From NCBI RefSeq assembly GCF_030028105.1, contig NC_092385.1:36732774-36796773 (forward strand): a stretch of 64,000 bases of DNA. The letters are read 5' to 3'. The DNA comes from Mobula birostris. Taxonomy: Eukaryota. Positions within the stretch are counted from its first letter, which is position 1. The number at the start of each line of letters is the position of its first letter. Below are positions 38,744 through 52,051 of this stretch, in pieces. A program made the translations under genes and the position numbers. The notes under the pieces are model-generated. The model had not been told where the DNA came from, did no database searches, and worked only from the letters and a program-made list of their open reading frames with translations.

Positions 38744-40434
38744 TACATCTGCTAATCTACCATTATTCTATCATTTCTGTAATAAAATTGTCGCAGGTGA
38801 TCTGCTTTATGTTTGTGGTAACACAAGACATGACATGAAAACATTCTTTGCATTTTATATCCTACTACTTGTTAAGCTAATTTTTACACTGAAATACTTT
38901 GCCAACAACTTTGAATGAAATAAAGCAATTTTTAGGTTAGGAAAAATAGATATTGCAGATTACTCATTACTTTGAGATAAATGCCCAAAATATGTATTTC
39001 TGTATGTAAATACAGGTGTATAAAGAACACGGCTCCTGATTCTGAGAGCAGAAGTTGAGGCCGATGCAGAATCTGGGTCTGATCTGCAGCGCTGAAAATG
39101 GAGTTGATTTTATCCATTTGCTTTAATGGCTATGATTGAAATCCTCATTCTAGTTCCTTCCATTGTCTTTTGTAATTGGATTGTAAAGTGACAAATGATG
39201 CCACATTTGAAGAAAGCTGTGTATTAATACAGGTCAGAACGTAAAATGATTAAAACACTTGGTGGCAAGTTATCTTAAACTCTTAATGTCCCTGGTCAAG
39301 AAGGTCAAATGTGTGAGATTACCTTTTAATTTTCAGTAAGATTAATGGGCAATGCCCCGTGAGCAAATCCTAGTGCAGAATTCAATGAGAATGTATCTCA
39401 TTTATAAACTGGGAACAAATTTACAGAACAAATTGGTTTCTTGGTCTGTAATCAAAAAGCAATTTTCTGAGTTAAATTGATTTGCTAAGTTTGACTTCAG
39501 TCTGTGGACTTTGGATTTCCCATTTTTGTGAAGTTCTTTTTACACTCAGAGCAGTTTGGTTTACATTTTGTTATTTGTTCTTAGAATGACAGTGATGTTT
39601 ATCACTATCAGGACGTGAATGTTGCTTTCATTATTCTGGGTTAAGAACTCTCCTGATGAACAGCATTAAACTAATGAAGCTTATTCCTTTAGAAAGTTTA
39701 CAAAGTATATTCTAGTCATGTTTATGAGAATGACAAGGCGCTGTTAACTGCTCAGCGTAGCTGAGCTGGGTCTCACCCAATGCTGTATGTCAGAAAAGCA
39801 TTTTGACTATTGAATTACAAAGTTCTAACTTTCACCTAAAACATGAAAATAAGTAAACCAGATAAACTAAAATTTTAGATGAAAATTGAAACTTTTTTTT
39901 AAATGGTTACACACAGATTTACTAAAATCAGTTTCATTAGTTCCCAAAGCACAATACAAAATCTCCACCTCTGTGAAAACCCATCCATTACTAGCAATGA
40001 GTTACCTCGGTCACATCAGTATTTAGTGAATACAGAATGGGGGAGGGGGGAATTAGGTTTTACAAAGCATTCAATAACCACAAATGTCAGATATTTTCCA
40101 ACATCATATTAGTGAATGATTTTTTTAAGCTCTGCTCACGCAATTGGCCCAACCCAAGGCAACAGGAATATAAAGGTCTTAACTGTTTGAATAATTTTGC
40201 TCTGAGGCTTAACACTGTCTTCATTGGACTTCACTATATTAAGTCTCATTGTTGATGTTCTTCTGCTGCTTGGTTCAAACTAAAAACAACGAATCCCTTG
40301 CATTCATCAAAGGCACATCTTATGAATAAGCAAACCCGTTTTGGAAGCAATAGTTTATTTGTTATGAATATACAATATTGTACTTTATAATGTTTGCCCG
40401 AAATATCCATGTTATTTTGGTGGAGTACAATAAA

Positions 40435-41310
40435 TTAAGAACATAAGAAGTAGAAGGAAGAGATGGCCATTCAGCCCTTTGGATGTATCTGTGACTGAGC
40501 CCCATTGACTTTCGAGATGAAGAATTCCCAAGACTCACAATCTGTCCCAGCTAGCTGACTCCTGTGAGGTTGTGACACCACAACCAGAGGAAATACCATC
40601 CTTGAATCAACCGTGTCAAGCCCCTTCATTATTCCAAGTTCAGGAAAATAAAGGATTAGTCTGCAAATTGAATAAATATTCTCTGGTTTTCTCCATAGAG
40701 ACACAGAAAACTTCATCCTCATGGAAATAGAGAATTGCAGCTCTGATTGTGTGAAAAATTGGTATTGGAAAAATTAATGGGACTAAGAGGTAGTGATACT
40801 TGCAGTCAACCTCCCAATCTGAAAATAGGCTGTTTATTTTTCACTCTATTTTCTGTCCATTAACCAGTCCTCAAGGTATAGCATCCCTAATCTCACTTGT
40901 TCTCTTATTGTTTAGTAACCTCCTTGTGGGAATGTACTGATGTCCAAATACCATATCCATTGATTCTCTCTTATCTATTATGATAGTTTCAATCTCATAA
41001 AATTATAACAATTTAACAAACTGTTTTTTTTATTTCCTTTAATGAATCCCTAATGATTCTGATTATTTTGTTATCACATTGGTGATAATATATTCTTACA
41101 TTTATTCTACTTTTGATCTCAGGCTATCTGCTTTATAGCTTTCTCTTTAGTCACTTCCTTTTTTGAAATGGTGGAATTATAATTACCAATCAATGGGAAA
41201 CCTACTAGAATTTTTGGAAGCTTATCCATACAGCCATAATGTCTATTGAAATCTCCTTAAAGTCTTGGGCCTTTATTACCTCTTAGTGCTTTTAATTTCT
41301 CCAATAGCAA
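40435..41310 (-). mobile_element. Decayed CR1-type LINE
   Basis: taagaacataagaagtagaag...ggccattcagccc reverse 3' terminus; minus ORF 'MKGLDTVDSRMVFPLV'. Confidence 0.55.
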
Positions 41311-41603
41311 TTTTTTAAAGGCGTGATGGAGGAACAAGGAAAAGAGTTAAATAAAATGCTTTGGAGAAAAGACCTGGAACTATGACTTTGCATTCTAATG
41401 CAATCTTGTGATAATAAGTGGATTTAGCAAATGAAAGTAAATGATCCTACAGTCTCTCCAGGCAGGTCTAGCAGTGTATGGCTAAACCAGTTTCCCACCA
41501 TATTCTTTTAATACTGTCTGTTAGACTTAAGGGAACATTGATCCTAGTGCATTGATCAGGAAGCAAAAGAGCTTAGCTGTTTGAACAGGGACTAGGTGGT
41601 AGC

Positions 41604-42475
41604 AATTGAATTGAATTGACTTTATTACTCACATCTTTCTCATACATGAGGAGTAAAAATCTTTATGTTACATCTCTGTCTAAATGTGCAATGTGCAATT
41701 TATAATAATTTGTAATAAATAGTATGTACAACAGGACAGTCAATATAACCTCCATGATCATACTGAATGGCGGTGCAGGCTTGAAGGGCTGAATGGCCTA
41801 CTCCTGCACCTATTTTCTATGTTTCTATGTTCCTAACATAGAAATACAATTGTATCAGTGTGAATTAATCAGTCTGATGGACTGGTGGAAGAAACTGTCC
41901 TGGAGCATGTTGGTCCTGGCTTTTATGCTGTGGTACTGTTTCCTGGATGATAGCAGCTGGAATAGATTGTGGTTGGGGTGACTCGGGTTCCCAAAGATCC
42001 TTCGGGCCCTTTTTACACACCTGTCTTTGTAAATGTCTTGAACCGTGGGAAATTCACATCTACAGATGCGCTGAGCTGTCTGCACCACTCTCTCCAGAGT
42101 CTTGCGATTGAGGGAAGTACAGTTCCCATACCAGGCAGCGATGCAGCCAGTCAGGATGCTCTCAATTGTGCCCCTGTAGAAAGTTCTTAGGATTTGGGGA
42201 CCCATACCAAACTTCCTCAGCTGTCTGAGGTGAAAGAGATGCTGTTGTGCTTTTTTCACCACACAGCCGGTATGTACAGACCACGTAAGATCCTCGGTGA
42301 TGTGTATGCTGAGGAACTTAAAGCTGTTTACCCTCTCAACCCCAGATCCATTGATGACAATAGGGGTTAGCCTGTCTCCATTCCTTCTGTAGTCTACGAC
42401 CAGCTCCTTTACTTTTGGGACATAGAGGGGGAGGTTGTTTTCTTGACAGCACTGTGTCAAGGTGATGACTTCTTC
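41604..42475 (-). mobile_element. Rex1/Babar-type LINE 3' portion with (AATTG)n tail; short CR1 3' end inserted at ~41750-41833 (+)
   Basis: 201-aa minus ORF: KELVVDYRR...VERVNSFKFL...KKAQQHLFHLRQLRKF...FYRGTIESILTGCIAAWYGNC...SFFHQSIRLIN. Confidence 0.88.
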
Positions 42476-43254
42476 AGCAGCTTGGAAGCAGAGAGAAAAT
42501 GATGGCTATAAAGGGTTGAGAGATAACCTTATATGTGTTTGCCCCAATGTGAATAGCAGAACTGTGTCTAGAGAGATAAAGAGAATAGTCATGAGTATGG
42601 GGCAAGACTGCTTATGTGGACTAGGAAATTCAGAGATGCTCTGACATCATTGAATTAGAGAGCAGAGAAACACAAAATGAAAAGGAAATGCATAAAGAAA
42701 AAAATTACAAAAGCTATAAGTGAAAACAGGAGTATATTTTCTAGTTAGCTTTTCAGCAGATGGAAAGTTATAGAAAAAAACTCTCTTGAATCCAGATTGA
42801 TTAACCTTAATATTTTTGACATGGAATATCATCAGTCATAGATTAATTAAGTAGGAAAATCTGTTAAGGGTTCTTCCCAATTTTCTGATTCCATGTACAT
42901 CATCTAATTGTGTTTACAGGGAATTTTGGTATGTAACTCTCTGTTTCTATTCCCAAGTTATGGTAAATGAGATGGAAACTGAAACCCACAATGACGCAAG
43001 GGACTCATAGCTAATCAAGTTCTGCTAACTGAAGTGTACTTGCATTATTTGAACTTTTGTCTCTTTGTCAATCCCTTACTTGTGTTCTGATGAAAGATCT
43101 TAAGCCTTGAAATATTCACCATCTGTACTGATGCTGTTTGATTTGCTGAGATTTTCTTGTGTATGTTGCTTTTTCCAATTTTTATTATCTGCAAAATCTT
43201 AATTTCTTCCATCAAGTTTATCTCAATTTCTATTTACATTGTTACCTTGAATTG

Positions 43255-44345
43255 CTGATGAGACATAACCATCTTGACTTCAGCACTCCTGTCTCCTCCT
43301 CAAACTTACCCCTTCTGAACACACTGCCCTCCACTCTCTCTGCACCAATCCAAATCTTACCATCAAACTGGCAGACAAAGGGGATGCTGTTGTAGTGTGG
43401 CGGACTGATGCCTACATTGTTGGGGTCAGCTAGTAACTCTCATACACCTCCTCATACCTACCTCTTGACGCGATTCCAGACCATCAGAAATCTGTCTCCA
43501 ACACCATCACTGACCTCGTCGCTCCCATCCACTGCCGCCAAACTCATAGTTCACTTGCCCTGCACTGATTGCTTCTATCTCCTACTCAAAATCCACAAAC
43601 CTGACTATCTCGGTAGGCCCATTGTCTCTGCCTGCTCCTGCTCCACTGAACCCATGTCCTCATACCTCAACTCCATTATATCTCCCTTTGTTCAGTTCCT
43701 TCTCACCTACATCTGCAAAACTTTTCATGCTCTCAGTTTCCTCACTAACTTTCAATTCCCTAGTTCTGACCACCTCATCTCCACCGTGGATGTCCAGTCT
43801 CTGTACACTTCTATCCCCCATCAAGAAGGCCTTAAAGCTCTTTGCTTCTTTCTTAATAAAAGAACCATCCGGTTCCCGTCTACCAGCACCTTCCTCCGAC
43901 TGGCAGAACTGGACCTCACCCTTAAAGATTTTTCTTTCAGCTCCTCCCATCTTCTCCAGACACGAGGCAGCCATGGGCACCCGCATGACCTACAACTATC
44001 CTTGCCTTTTCATTGGATATGTAGAACAGTCCATGAGCTTGTCAATTTCATCAACTTTGCCTCCAACTTCCACCCTCCTCTTACGTTCACTTGGTCGATT
44101 TCTGACACCTCCTTCCCCTTTCTCGATCTCTGTCCCTTTCTCCATCACTGAGATAAACTGTTGACCAACATCTTTTATAAATCCACTGATTCACACAGTT
44201 ATTTTGACTATACCTCTTCCCACCCTGCCTCCTGTACAAATGCTATTCCCTTTTCTTATTTCCTCGCCTCCATTGCATCTGTTCCCAGGATGTGGCCTTC
44301 CTTTTTAGGACATCAGTGATGTCCTCCTCCTTCAAAAAACAGGCA
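43255..44345 (+). mobile_element. Penelope-like element reverse transcriptase remnant (Neptune-type)
   Basis: NPNLTIKLADKG (PLE DKG motif), LLKIHKPDYLGRPIVSAC, DVQSLYTSIPH (motif A), AMGTRM (motif B'), NFHPPLTFT...PFLDL (D/E). The YxDD segment is missing at ~44035. Confidence 0.9.
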
Positions 44346-44384
44346 ATTTCTTGGGTAACCCAAACATATACACCATCTGTGCTC

Positions 44385-45055
44385 CTTGATACGCATTTCC
44401 ACTGTGCTACGACCTATCTTCCCTATATTTCCACAGTTTCTGGAAGGATCACCGGGATCCTGAAGAAATACTGGATTAATACCATCCACAAACCCGTAAG
44501 GAAGCTCAGGTCACAGCTTATGCAGGTCAAAGATGACATGGGACTCAGGTGGGCAGAGCAATGTATATCAATCAGACAGGATGCATGATAGAAACCCACA
44601 TCAAGGAGCACAGGAGGTGTATCCATTTGGGTTACCCGAAGAAACCGGTGGTAGCAGAACATTGCATTTGCAATGGCCACAGGATTGACTTCGATGGCAC
44701 AAAACTACTGTGCCGTGCCAATGGCTTTTGTGATCACTTGGTGAAGGAAGCCATTGAAAAAAAACTAGAGGATAAGAATTTTAATGAAGATGAAGGTCTC
44801 GCTCTAAATAAGAACTGGAATTCGATTGTAAACAAAGTGGAAGAGCAGAAGCCTGATTGAATGAGGTCTAACCAATCAGGAGGGACAGAATGCAGGGATA
44901 TAAATAACATCAGCCCAGACACGCCCAGGCATCATCTCTGAAGAAGATGGCAGAGCTTGTCCTTGAAACGTCGGTTATAATCGATACCTGTACCCGGCTT
45001 GAAGCCTGAGAAGAGTTTATTTGCCATATATGCTGGGAAAGCACTAGATCTTTTT
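44385..45055 (+). mobile_element. Penelope-like element 3' end, Poseidon/Penelope-type GIY-YIG remnant and 3' UTR
   Basis: LPYISTVSGRI...HKP; YINQTGCMIETHIKEH...VAEHCICNGHRIDFD...KEAIE...NFNEDEG; followed by a hammerhead motif. Confidence 0.85.
44936..44974 (+). ncRNA. Minimal type I hammerhead ribozyme motif with intact catalytic core
   Basis: CTGAAGA (44938-44944), helix II gatggcag/ttgtcctt (one mismatch), GAAACGTC (44965-44972) with palindromic ACGT helix III and GUC cleavage triplet. Helix I is only ~2 bp. Confidence 0.62.
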
Positions 45056-46145
45056 ACAGTATTAATGGATGTAAAAAGATTTCTGTTTTTGTTTATGATG
45101 TTATAGTATTAAAGTTTATAACTTATGCCAGCACTTGATGGAAGAAATTATTCTTCTGTAGCAGACTGAATGTGGTCACAGTGGTCTGTGATTTATGAGA
45201 GGAATGTGCACAGCATTTTACTTATTCGTACTCCCAAGTAACAGCTCAATGAGAGAGCCTCTGGTTTGACGTGGTATGCATCGAATCAGACATTTCTGAT
45301 GCAAAATTATAAACCCTATCCTAATGGATTTCTGGTAGCTGGCATTTTTGTGACATCAAGTGTCAGCAGTAGCCTCAGGTGATATTCAGTGGTATCGTTG
45401 CTTTGGAATAAAAGATCTTGATCACTACTTAAGTCTCGGTTGAATGTGACAAAATAACCACTTTACAAAGTAACTGAATGAAAAGGTACAGGTGAACAGC
45501 TATGAATATGGAAATTTCATGTATGTTCAACACTGACCTGTGTATAATTGGGCCGTGGATGCTTTTCATCAGCCTGCAGGTCAGTAAATTGTGAGGAATG
45601 TACTATGTGATACTAGCATGACAAGTAATCAGAAGAATAGGGTTGATTCAAGAACTCTTAATGTGATGCATTCAGCCGTGTATGTGTAGGATAAACCCTG
45701 CCAGACAGTGCTCTGCTGCTCAACATCATAAGGCATAGACAGAGTTTTGCTGCCATCTTCAACTCCTTCAGTACTGATTATCCTTCCATCATAGCCTGTA
45801 GGATTTGCTGATGAAAGTACGTTTAATATCATTTGCCACTCCTCAGCAGGTGAAGCAATCCTTGCATGTATGCAGTAAGACCTGGAAAACACATGGTGTG
45901 GACTGCAAAGTTGCAAGAAGCATTTGTACAACACAAGTGCCAGATAATGATAATCTCCAACAAGAGAGAATATAGCCACCTGCTCTTGATAATCAGTGGT
46001 ATCATTGCTGTGGGCTGCACAGCTATCGTTTACCAGAACCTCAGGTAGAGCAGCTTCATAAATAGTATTCTAAAAGAGCAGGTTGGGGTTTCAGTATCTT
46101 CCCACCCTCCAAAGCAGTTTTACTATTTAGAAGTCTCAAGTCAAG

Positions 46146-46255
46146 GGCCGGCTGGTGGTGACTTCAGCGCTGGACCCGGGAGCGGAAGTTCCCAGGTTCG
46201 AAACCAGTCGGCTCTACTCCCGAGTACGCTTTCCATCCATGCCGGTTTGATTAGC
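46146..46255 (+). mobile_element. tRNA-derived SINE head
   Basis: B-box ggttcgaaacc; related to the SINE at 21227; no complete cloverleaf. Confidence 0.5.
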
Positions 46256-47857
46256 ATGCCATTCGCCACCCTAGGTATTCACCTCCACAATCAGTGTGTC
46301 AACGCTCTCCGATGCACCAAAACCAGCAAGTATCATGATCATTTGCAGACATGGTCTAAATAATTGATTTATTAATTAACTGACCAAGTATTGATCAAAA
46401 TAGTAGAAGCATCTTAAATGGAGAGACTGTTAGATTAATCAAAATGTTTTGGTTATAGATTAGAAACCCAAGAACTGAGTTGACCATCTGAACATTACAA
46501 TTGCATAAGAGGTCAGATAAAAAATGATGCAGAGATTTTGTGTTAGATTGGAAGTGCTTTGAGAGATTGGGAAGGGAAAGGCTTTGGAAGATTTAATGCT
46601 AAAGATGACATTCTTAATGCTACATTCATTGCTGGTTCTTGACCAAGTGTTGATCAATAAAATGGTGGGAATTTTGGATAAGCACAAGTTACGTAAATTT
46701 GGGAAGATAGTCGAGATATTTCACAAATTCCAGCTACTTAGGTGATGAATGTTAAATGCATAAAATACAGAATAAATGTTAATGTGTAAAAAAAAATCAT
46801 TGTGTAGTAATTCAACTTTAGGTGGTATCCACAACCTATTATGTTTCCATTTGATATTGATTTAAGCAAAATTAAATATCTTGCTCAGGTGATCCATTTA
46901 AAATGCCTTTTAGCAATACCACAAAATTCTTTCCCCTTTTTGTCTCAACCCGGGTCAGCAGGTCCACTCAAAAGAATGGGGCTGCCCCAAAAACACAATC
47001 CATATCCAATGTAAGGCACAGGGCTATAAATGAAAATGCAGGTCTCTGTCCCAATCTTTATACCAAGTTTAATAGTGGTGCCCCGACAATACGCTACACA
47101 GGTATTATGCTTTCTATTTATAATTCTCTTCTGAATCACAGCAAAACTAAGTAGGTTTCAGCCAAATATCATTTGAAGAACAAACCAATTGTTCATTGTA
47201 GCTTAAAGGATCTTAAAAAATTGTTCAGAAAGTTTGTTAACTTCCTGAGCTAATGACAGTAAAGGAGAATAGACAAGATCCATCGTCCCTGAATAATGAA
47301 GATAAACAAAAAATAATGATGATGTTGAACAGCCATCGGTTTGCACCTTCTGAAAGAACACACATATTTTATCAGTGTATTTCAGTCACCTTGCATACAT
47401 AATTAGAAATGAAAACAATGGATTAGAGAGCATACCATATGGCCAGACTGATGTTTCACCCAGCAGCTAATCATCCAGTCGGAGGAATATCCAACCTGGG
47501 TATTAGCTGTGAGCTACTTTTGAAAAGTTTGCAGTTCTATAATAAACACGGCAGTGTTGATTACACCTTATCTCCTCTGATTTGGTCTGTTCATGACTCT
47601 CTACCTGACGTTTGAAATCAACTAACTTGTCCTAAAATACGGAGAAAGAACTATATTGTTAACCAGACAAAAAGTACCCTGAAAGACATGACTTCTTGGC
47701 CTCATTTGCATGTTCTGTGTATTTTGTGGACTGTAAGATACCTTTGATCAGATTAGAAATAGGTATTGTGGAAAGAAGTCACATCTTCAGTGTGAAAACA
47801 TTTGAAGAGCTATCACAAAGTTTATACACTTCTTAGGAAATAGAGGAAAAATATTGG

Positions 47858-49136
47858 TAGTCAGCATGGCTTTGTCAAGGGCAGGTCATGCTTTACGAGT
47901 CCGATTGAATTTTTTGAGGATATGGCTAAACACATTGATGAAGGAAGAGCAGTAGATGTAGTGTATATGGATTTCAGCAAGGCATTTACCCCATGCAAGG
48001 CTTATTGAGAAAGTAAGGAGGCATGGGATCCAAGGGGACATTGCTTTGTAGATCCAGAACTGGCTTGCCCACAGAAAGCGAAGAGTGGTTGTAGACAGGT
48101 TATATTCTGCATGGTGGCCGGTGACCAGTGGAGTGCCTCAGGGATCTGTTCTGGGACCCTTACTCTTCGTGATTTTTATAAATGACCTGGATGAGGAAGT
48201 GGAGGGATGGGTTAGCAAGTTTGCTGATGACACAAAGGGTGGAGGTGTTGTGGATAGTGTGGAGGGCTGTCAGGAGTTACAGTGGGACATTGTTAGGATG
48301 CAAAACTGGGCTGAAAAGTGGCAGATGGAGTTCAACCCAGATATGTGTGAAGTGGTTCATTTTGGTAGGTCAAATATGATGGCAGAATGTAATATTAATG
48401 GTAAGACTCTTGGCAGTATGTTGGATCAGAGTGATCTTGGGGTCTGAGTCCATAGGACACTCAAAGCAGCTCCGCAGGTTGACTCTGTGTTTAAGAAGGC
48501 GTTTGGTGTATTGACCTTCATCAATCGTGGAATTGAATTTAGAAGCCGAGGAGTAATGTTGCAGCTATATAGGACCCCGGTCAGACCCCACTTGGAGTAC
48601 TGTGCTCAGTTCTAGTCACCTCACTACAGGAAGGATGTGGAAACCATAGAAAGGGTGCAGAGGAGATTTACAAGGATGTCGCCTGGATTGGGGAGCATGC
48701 CTTATGAGAATAGTTTGAGTGAATTTGGCCTTTTTTCCTTGGAGTGACGGAGGATGAGAGGTGACCTGATAGAGGTGTATAAGATGCTGAGAGGCATTGA
48801 TCATGCGGATAGTCAGAGGCTTTTTCCCAGGGCTGAAATGGTTGCCACAAGAGGACACAGATTTAAGGTGCTGGGGAGTAGGTACAGAGGAGATGTCAGG
48901 GGTAAATTTTTTACTCAGAGAGTGATGAGTGCATGGAATGGGCTGCTGGCAATGGTGGTGGAGGCAGATACGATAGGGTCTTTTAAGAGACTTTTAGATG
49001 GGTACATGGAGCTTAGTAAAATAGAGGGCTATGGGTAAGCCTAGTAATTTCTAAGGTAGGGACATGTTTGGCATAACTCTGTGGGCTGAAGGGCCTGTAT
49101 TGTGCTGTAGGTTTTCTATGTTTTCTATGTTTCTAT
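47858..49136 (+). mobile_element. CR1-type LINE, 5'-truncated, RT domain and 3' UTR
   Basis: QHGFVKGRSC, VDVVYMDFSKAF, SGVPQGSVLGPLLFVIFINDL, KFADDTK, MRGDLIEVYKML, FFTQRV; (TTTCTATG)n tail; several stops and frameshifts. Confidence 0.93.
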
Positions 49137-51056
49137 AAATGAAGTGCCTATATAAAATATTTCAGGATGGAAAATGAATGGCACAGTAGACGATCCAACT
49201 GTCTTTTCATTTCTAAGTCCTGCATGCATGTACATGCAGCTTAGACTAATAAGATGAAACTTGCCTCTGTCTCATAGTTAAGCTTTTCTTGTGTGCAAGT
49301 ATGAAAATTTTACAAGCTTCCGTTTTACCTTCCTCCATTTAACACTCATTGGAATTAAGTGATATTCTTACAACTACCTGTACAGGTCTGGAGAGTCATA
49401 ATTCTGTTTCTTGCTTTTGACACTCTGTCAACAGTACCTTGTATGGTAATCACCTTACAATTGCAAGTTTAAAAGCTTTAAAAAAGTTTTTTTATCTTGC
49501 AGTTGTAAGATGCATAACTCTATAACACTACAACTTCTACTGAGAATAAAGAGAAAATACCTCTTTGTGAATTAAGCCTTAAAATCTCATGTGTTAGCTA
49601 CCATAACAAGCTAGCTCTGGAGATTGAATGTTCCTTGCATTACTGCACTTTGCCATAGGGTTCCACACCAATGTAATTCATTGATAACTCATTCGGTGCT
49701 TCCTCCTTATGCTAGTGCTCTGAATAATGATTTTAAAACTTAATTGCTTAAAATTCTGGATTAAATGTTTGGGTGCTTATATTTAATTCACTGTATTCTT
49801 ACCAACAGTTAAACTCCATATCGCTTGTGTATTCTTGGGTCATTTGCAAAGCATTTTCCTGTCCATATTTAAAGTGATTTTGTTGCTCTGGCCATGTTGA
49901 AAGTGATTCTTTAAAAAAATGGTTAGAGATTGGAGGGACATTCTACATTTGGTTTGTGTGTAAGGACCGAAGATCTTTGTTGGATAAACAAGTTTAGATG
50001 GAAGTGAGAATGGCAGTAGTGAAATGGGCAGCTCTTCATTTTCTCAGTTACATATGTCAGGATAAGTTATGAACAGTATCATGAAGAAAATATCTTATTC
50101 TGTACATTATATGGATTATAAGATAATCCTTTTAAATGTATTTGTTTCTTAGGTTGTTCAAGGGCAAGTTGACAACTGATATTTGTATGTGACACCATTA
50201 GTTAAAATGAACAATTGTATCAGTAGTCATCAGGATTGTTTTACTGGAAATCTCAAAGAAAACAGCCTTTCTTTCTCTCAATATTAATACTCATGCCGTA
50301 AATTGAATGATGGAAATTTTATTTATTATTTCATTGCTTTGGAAAATATTCCAGAAAGTGAATGAATTGAGGTTTTCAAGATAATGAAAAATGCTGACAA
50401 AACTGAACGTAACTTATTTTCTCTTTAATAATAGGCTCATTATACCAGAGATGCTCATTATTAGAGAGGTAAGGGTCAACAAGGAAATCAATGTGATAGA
50501 ATTTATTTTGGATTTAAAGGACTAGTGTAAGTGGAAAGAAAGCCTGATATGTTCTTAAAGAGAGAAGGCTTTGAGGATGATCTGGAAAAGATATTGGGTA
50601 AGAATAAAATTAATGAAGGGATAATGAAGTCTCGCAGTTTACAAGTTGGAAAATTTCCTGTTGTTATTTGTAATATATTAGAAATAATGCCAAAATATAT
50701 GCTCTGTGCCAAAACCAATATTCCATATACTGTATATTCTTTAAATGATGCTAAAATTTACACAAACGCATTGACCATTTGTGAGATTATTGCTACTGGT
50801 CCATCTGTCAGTATTCTTTTGTGGCTATTGGGAAACACTATGCCCTGTGTATATTTTAATAGTTTTACTTTCAGAAATGACCCCGTTCAGACTACTGAAA
50901 GTTACAGAGTTCTATCGTGAGGAGCAGAATTCCATGAAGATGGTGCAGGGGATCTCATGCTGCAGTTGGGTGAATCCTTCATGAAGCTGGAGGGCGATAA
51001 CCACAAATACTGATAGACTCCATTTTACCTGAGACTGATTCAGCTGAGATTTACCA

Positions 51057-52051
51057 GAATTAATCAACAAATACTTTGGACAAATTCTAAAGCCACATTC
51101 TCCCTTAAATTGTTGAAAATCAAAAATAACTGCAGATGCTGGAAATTTGGAAATCTGAAAATGCACATAACATTCAGTTGATCAGGCAGCATCTGTGGAA
51201 TGAGTTAATATTTCATGATATTGTAGAAAAAGAGAATTTGCAATTATAGAGAGAGTGGTGGGGGATGGATAGTGCAAAGTGAATGTCCCTATTGGGCGAG
51301 GCCAGGTTGCTCTGAGAATAGATGGAGCCACAGACAGGAGAAAATCTGCAGAGACCCTTCATCAAGACTGGAAAAAAAAAGATGTGAAGTCAGAACAAGA
51401 AGGTGAGGGGAGGTGAGGAAGAAGTACAAGCTGGTAGGTGATAGGTGAGACCGGGAGGGGTGAAGTAAAGAGCTGGGAAGCTTATTGGTGAAAGAGATAC
51501 AGGGATGGAGAAGGGGAAATTTGATAGGAGTGGGTACCTTCTTACTCTGAATTCTCATCTTTTTTTCCAGTCCTGATGAAGGGTCTTGGCCTTGGTCAAC
51601 TGTTTACTCTTTTCCATAGATGCTGCCTGGTCTGCTGAGTTCCTCCAGCACTTTGTGTGTGTTGTTAATGAATCCATGTAGTTGATAGGTTCACAAAACT
51701 GCTGGACAAGAGAAAGAACACAAACAAAGCTTAATCCACTATAAACTATGAGGTTATCCTCACAGCAACCTGGCCTCACTTATCAGAGACATTCACTTTG
51801 CACTATCCATCCCTTACCACTCTTTCTGTAACTTTAAACAAACTTTACGTTCTCTTTCCCTATTCTCATATAACATCATGTACCATAACCTGATATAACA
51901 GTTAACATCATTATTAACTCGTTCCACAATTGCTGCCTGACCCACTTGCATTTACAGATTTCCAAATTTCCAGCATCTGCAGTTGTTTAGAATTTTCAAC
52001 AATTTAAGAGAAAATGAGTCTTCAGTATTTGTTTGAATTTGTTGATTAACT
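51057..52051. repeat. ~1-kb diverged inverted repeat (arms ~51057-51325 and ~51755-52051)
   Basis: For example ttaaattgttgaaaat...aactgcagatgctggaaatttggaaatctg is mirrored by cagatttccaaatttccagcatctgcagtt...attttcaacaatttaa; gtgcaaagtgaatgtc is mirrored by gacattcactttgcac. Confidence 0.88.
51331..51665. mobile_element. Younger PLE fold-back element nested in the loop of the 1-kb palindrome
   Basis: Minus arm with internal deletion (51331-51535); + motif cagtc-CTGATGA-agggtcttggcct..gtc-aactg at 51568-51602 lacking GAAAC. Confidence 0.8.

Noticed and set aside
39580-39615. atcactatcag resembling the 3' end of exon 1M
   Set aside because: Followed by GA rather than GT, with an in-frame stop upstream and no ATG.
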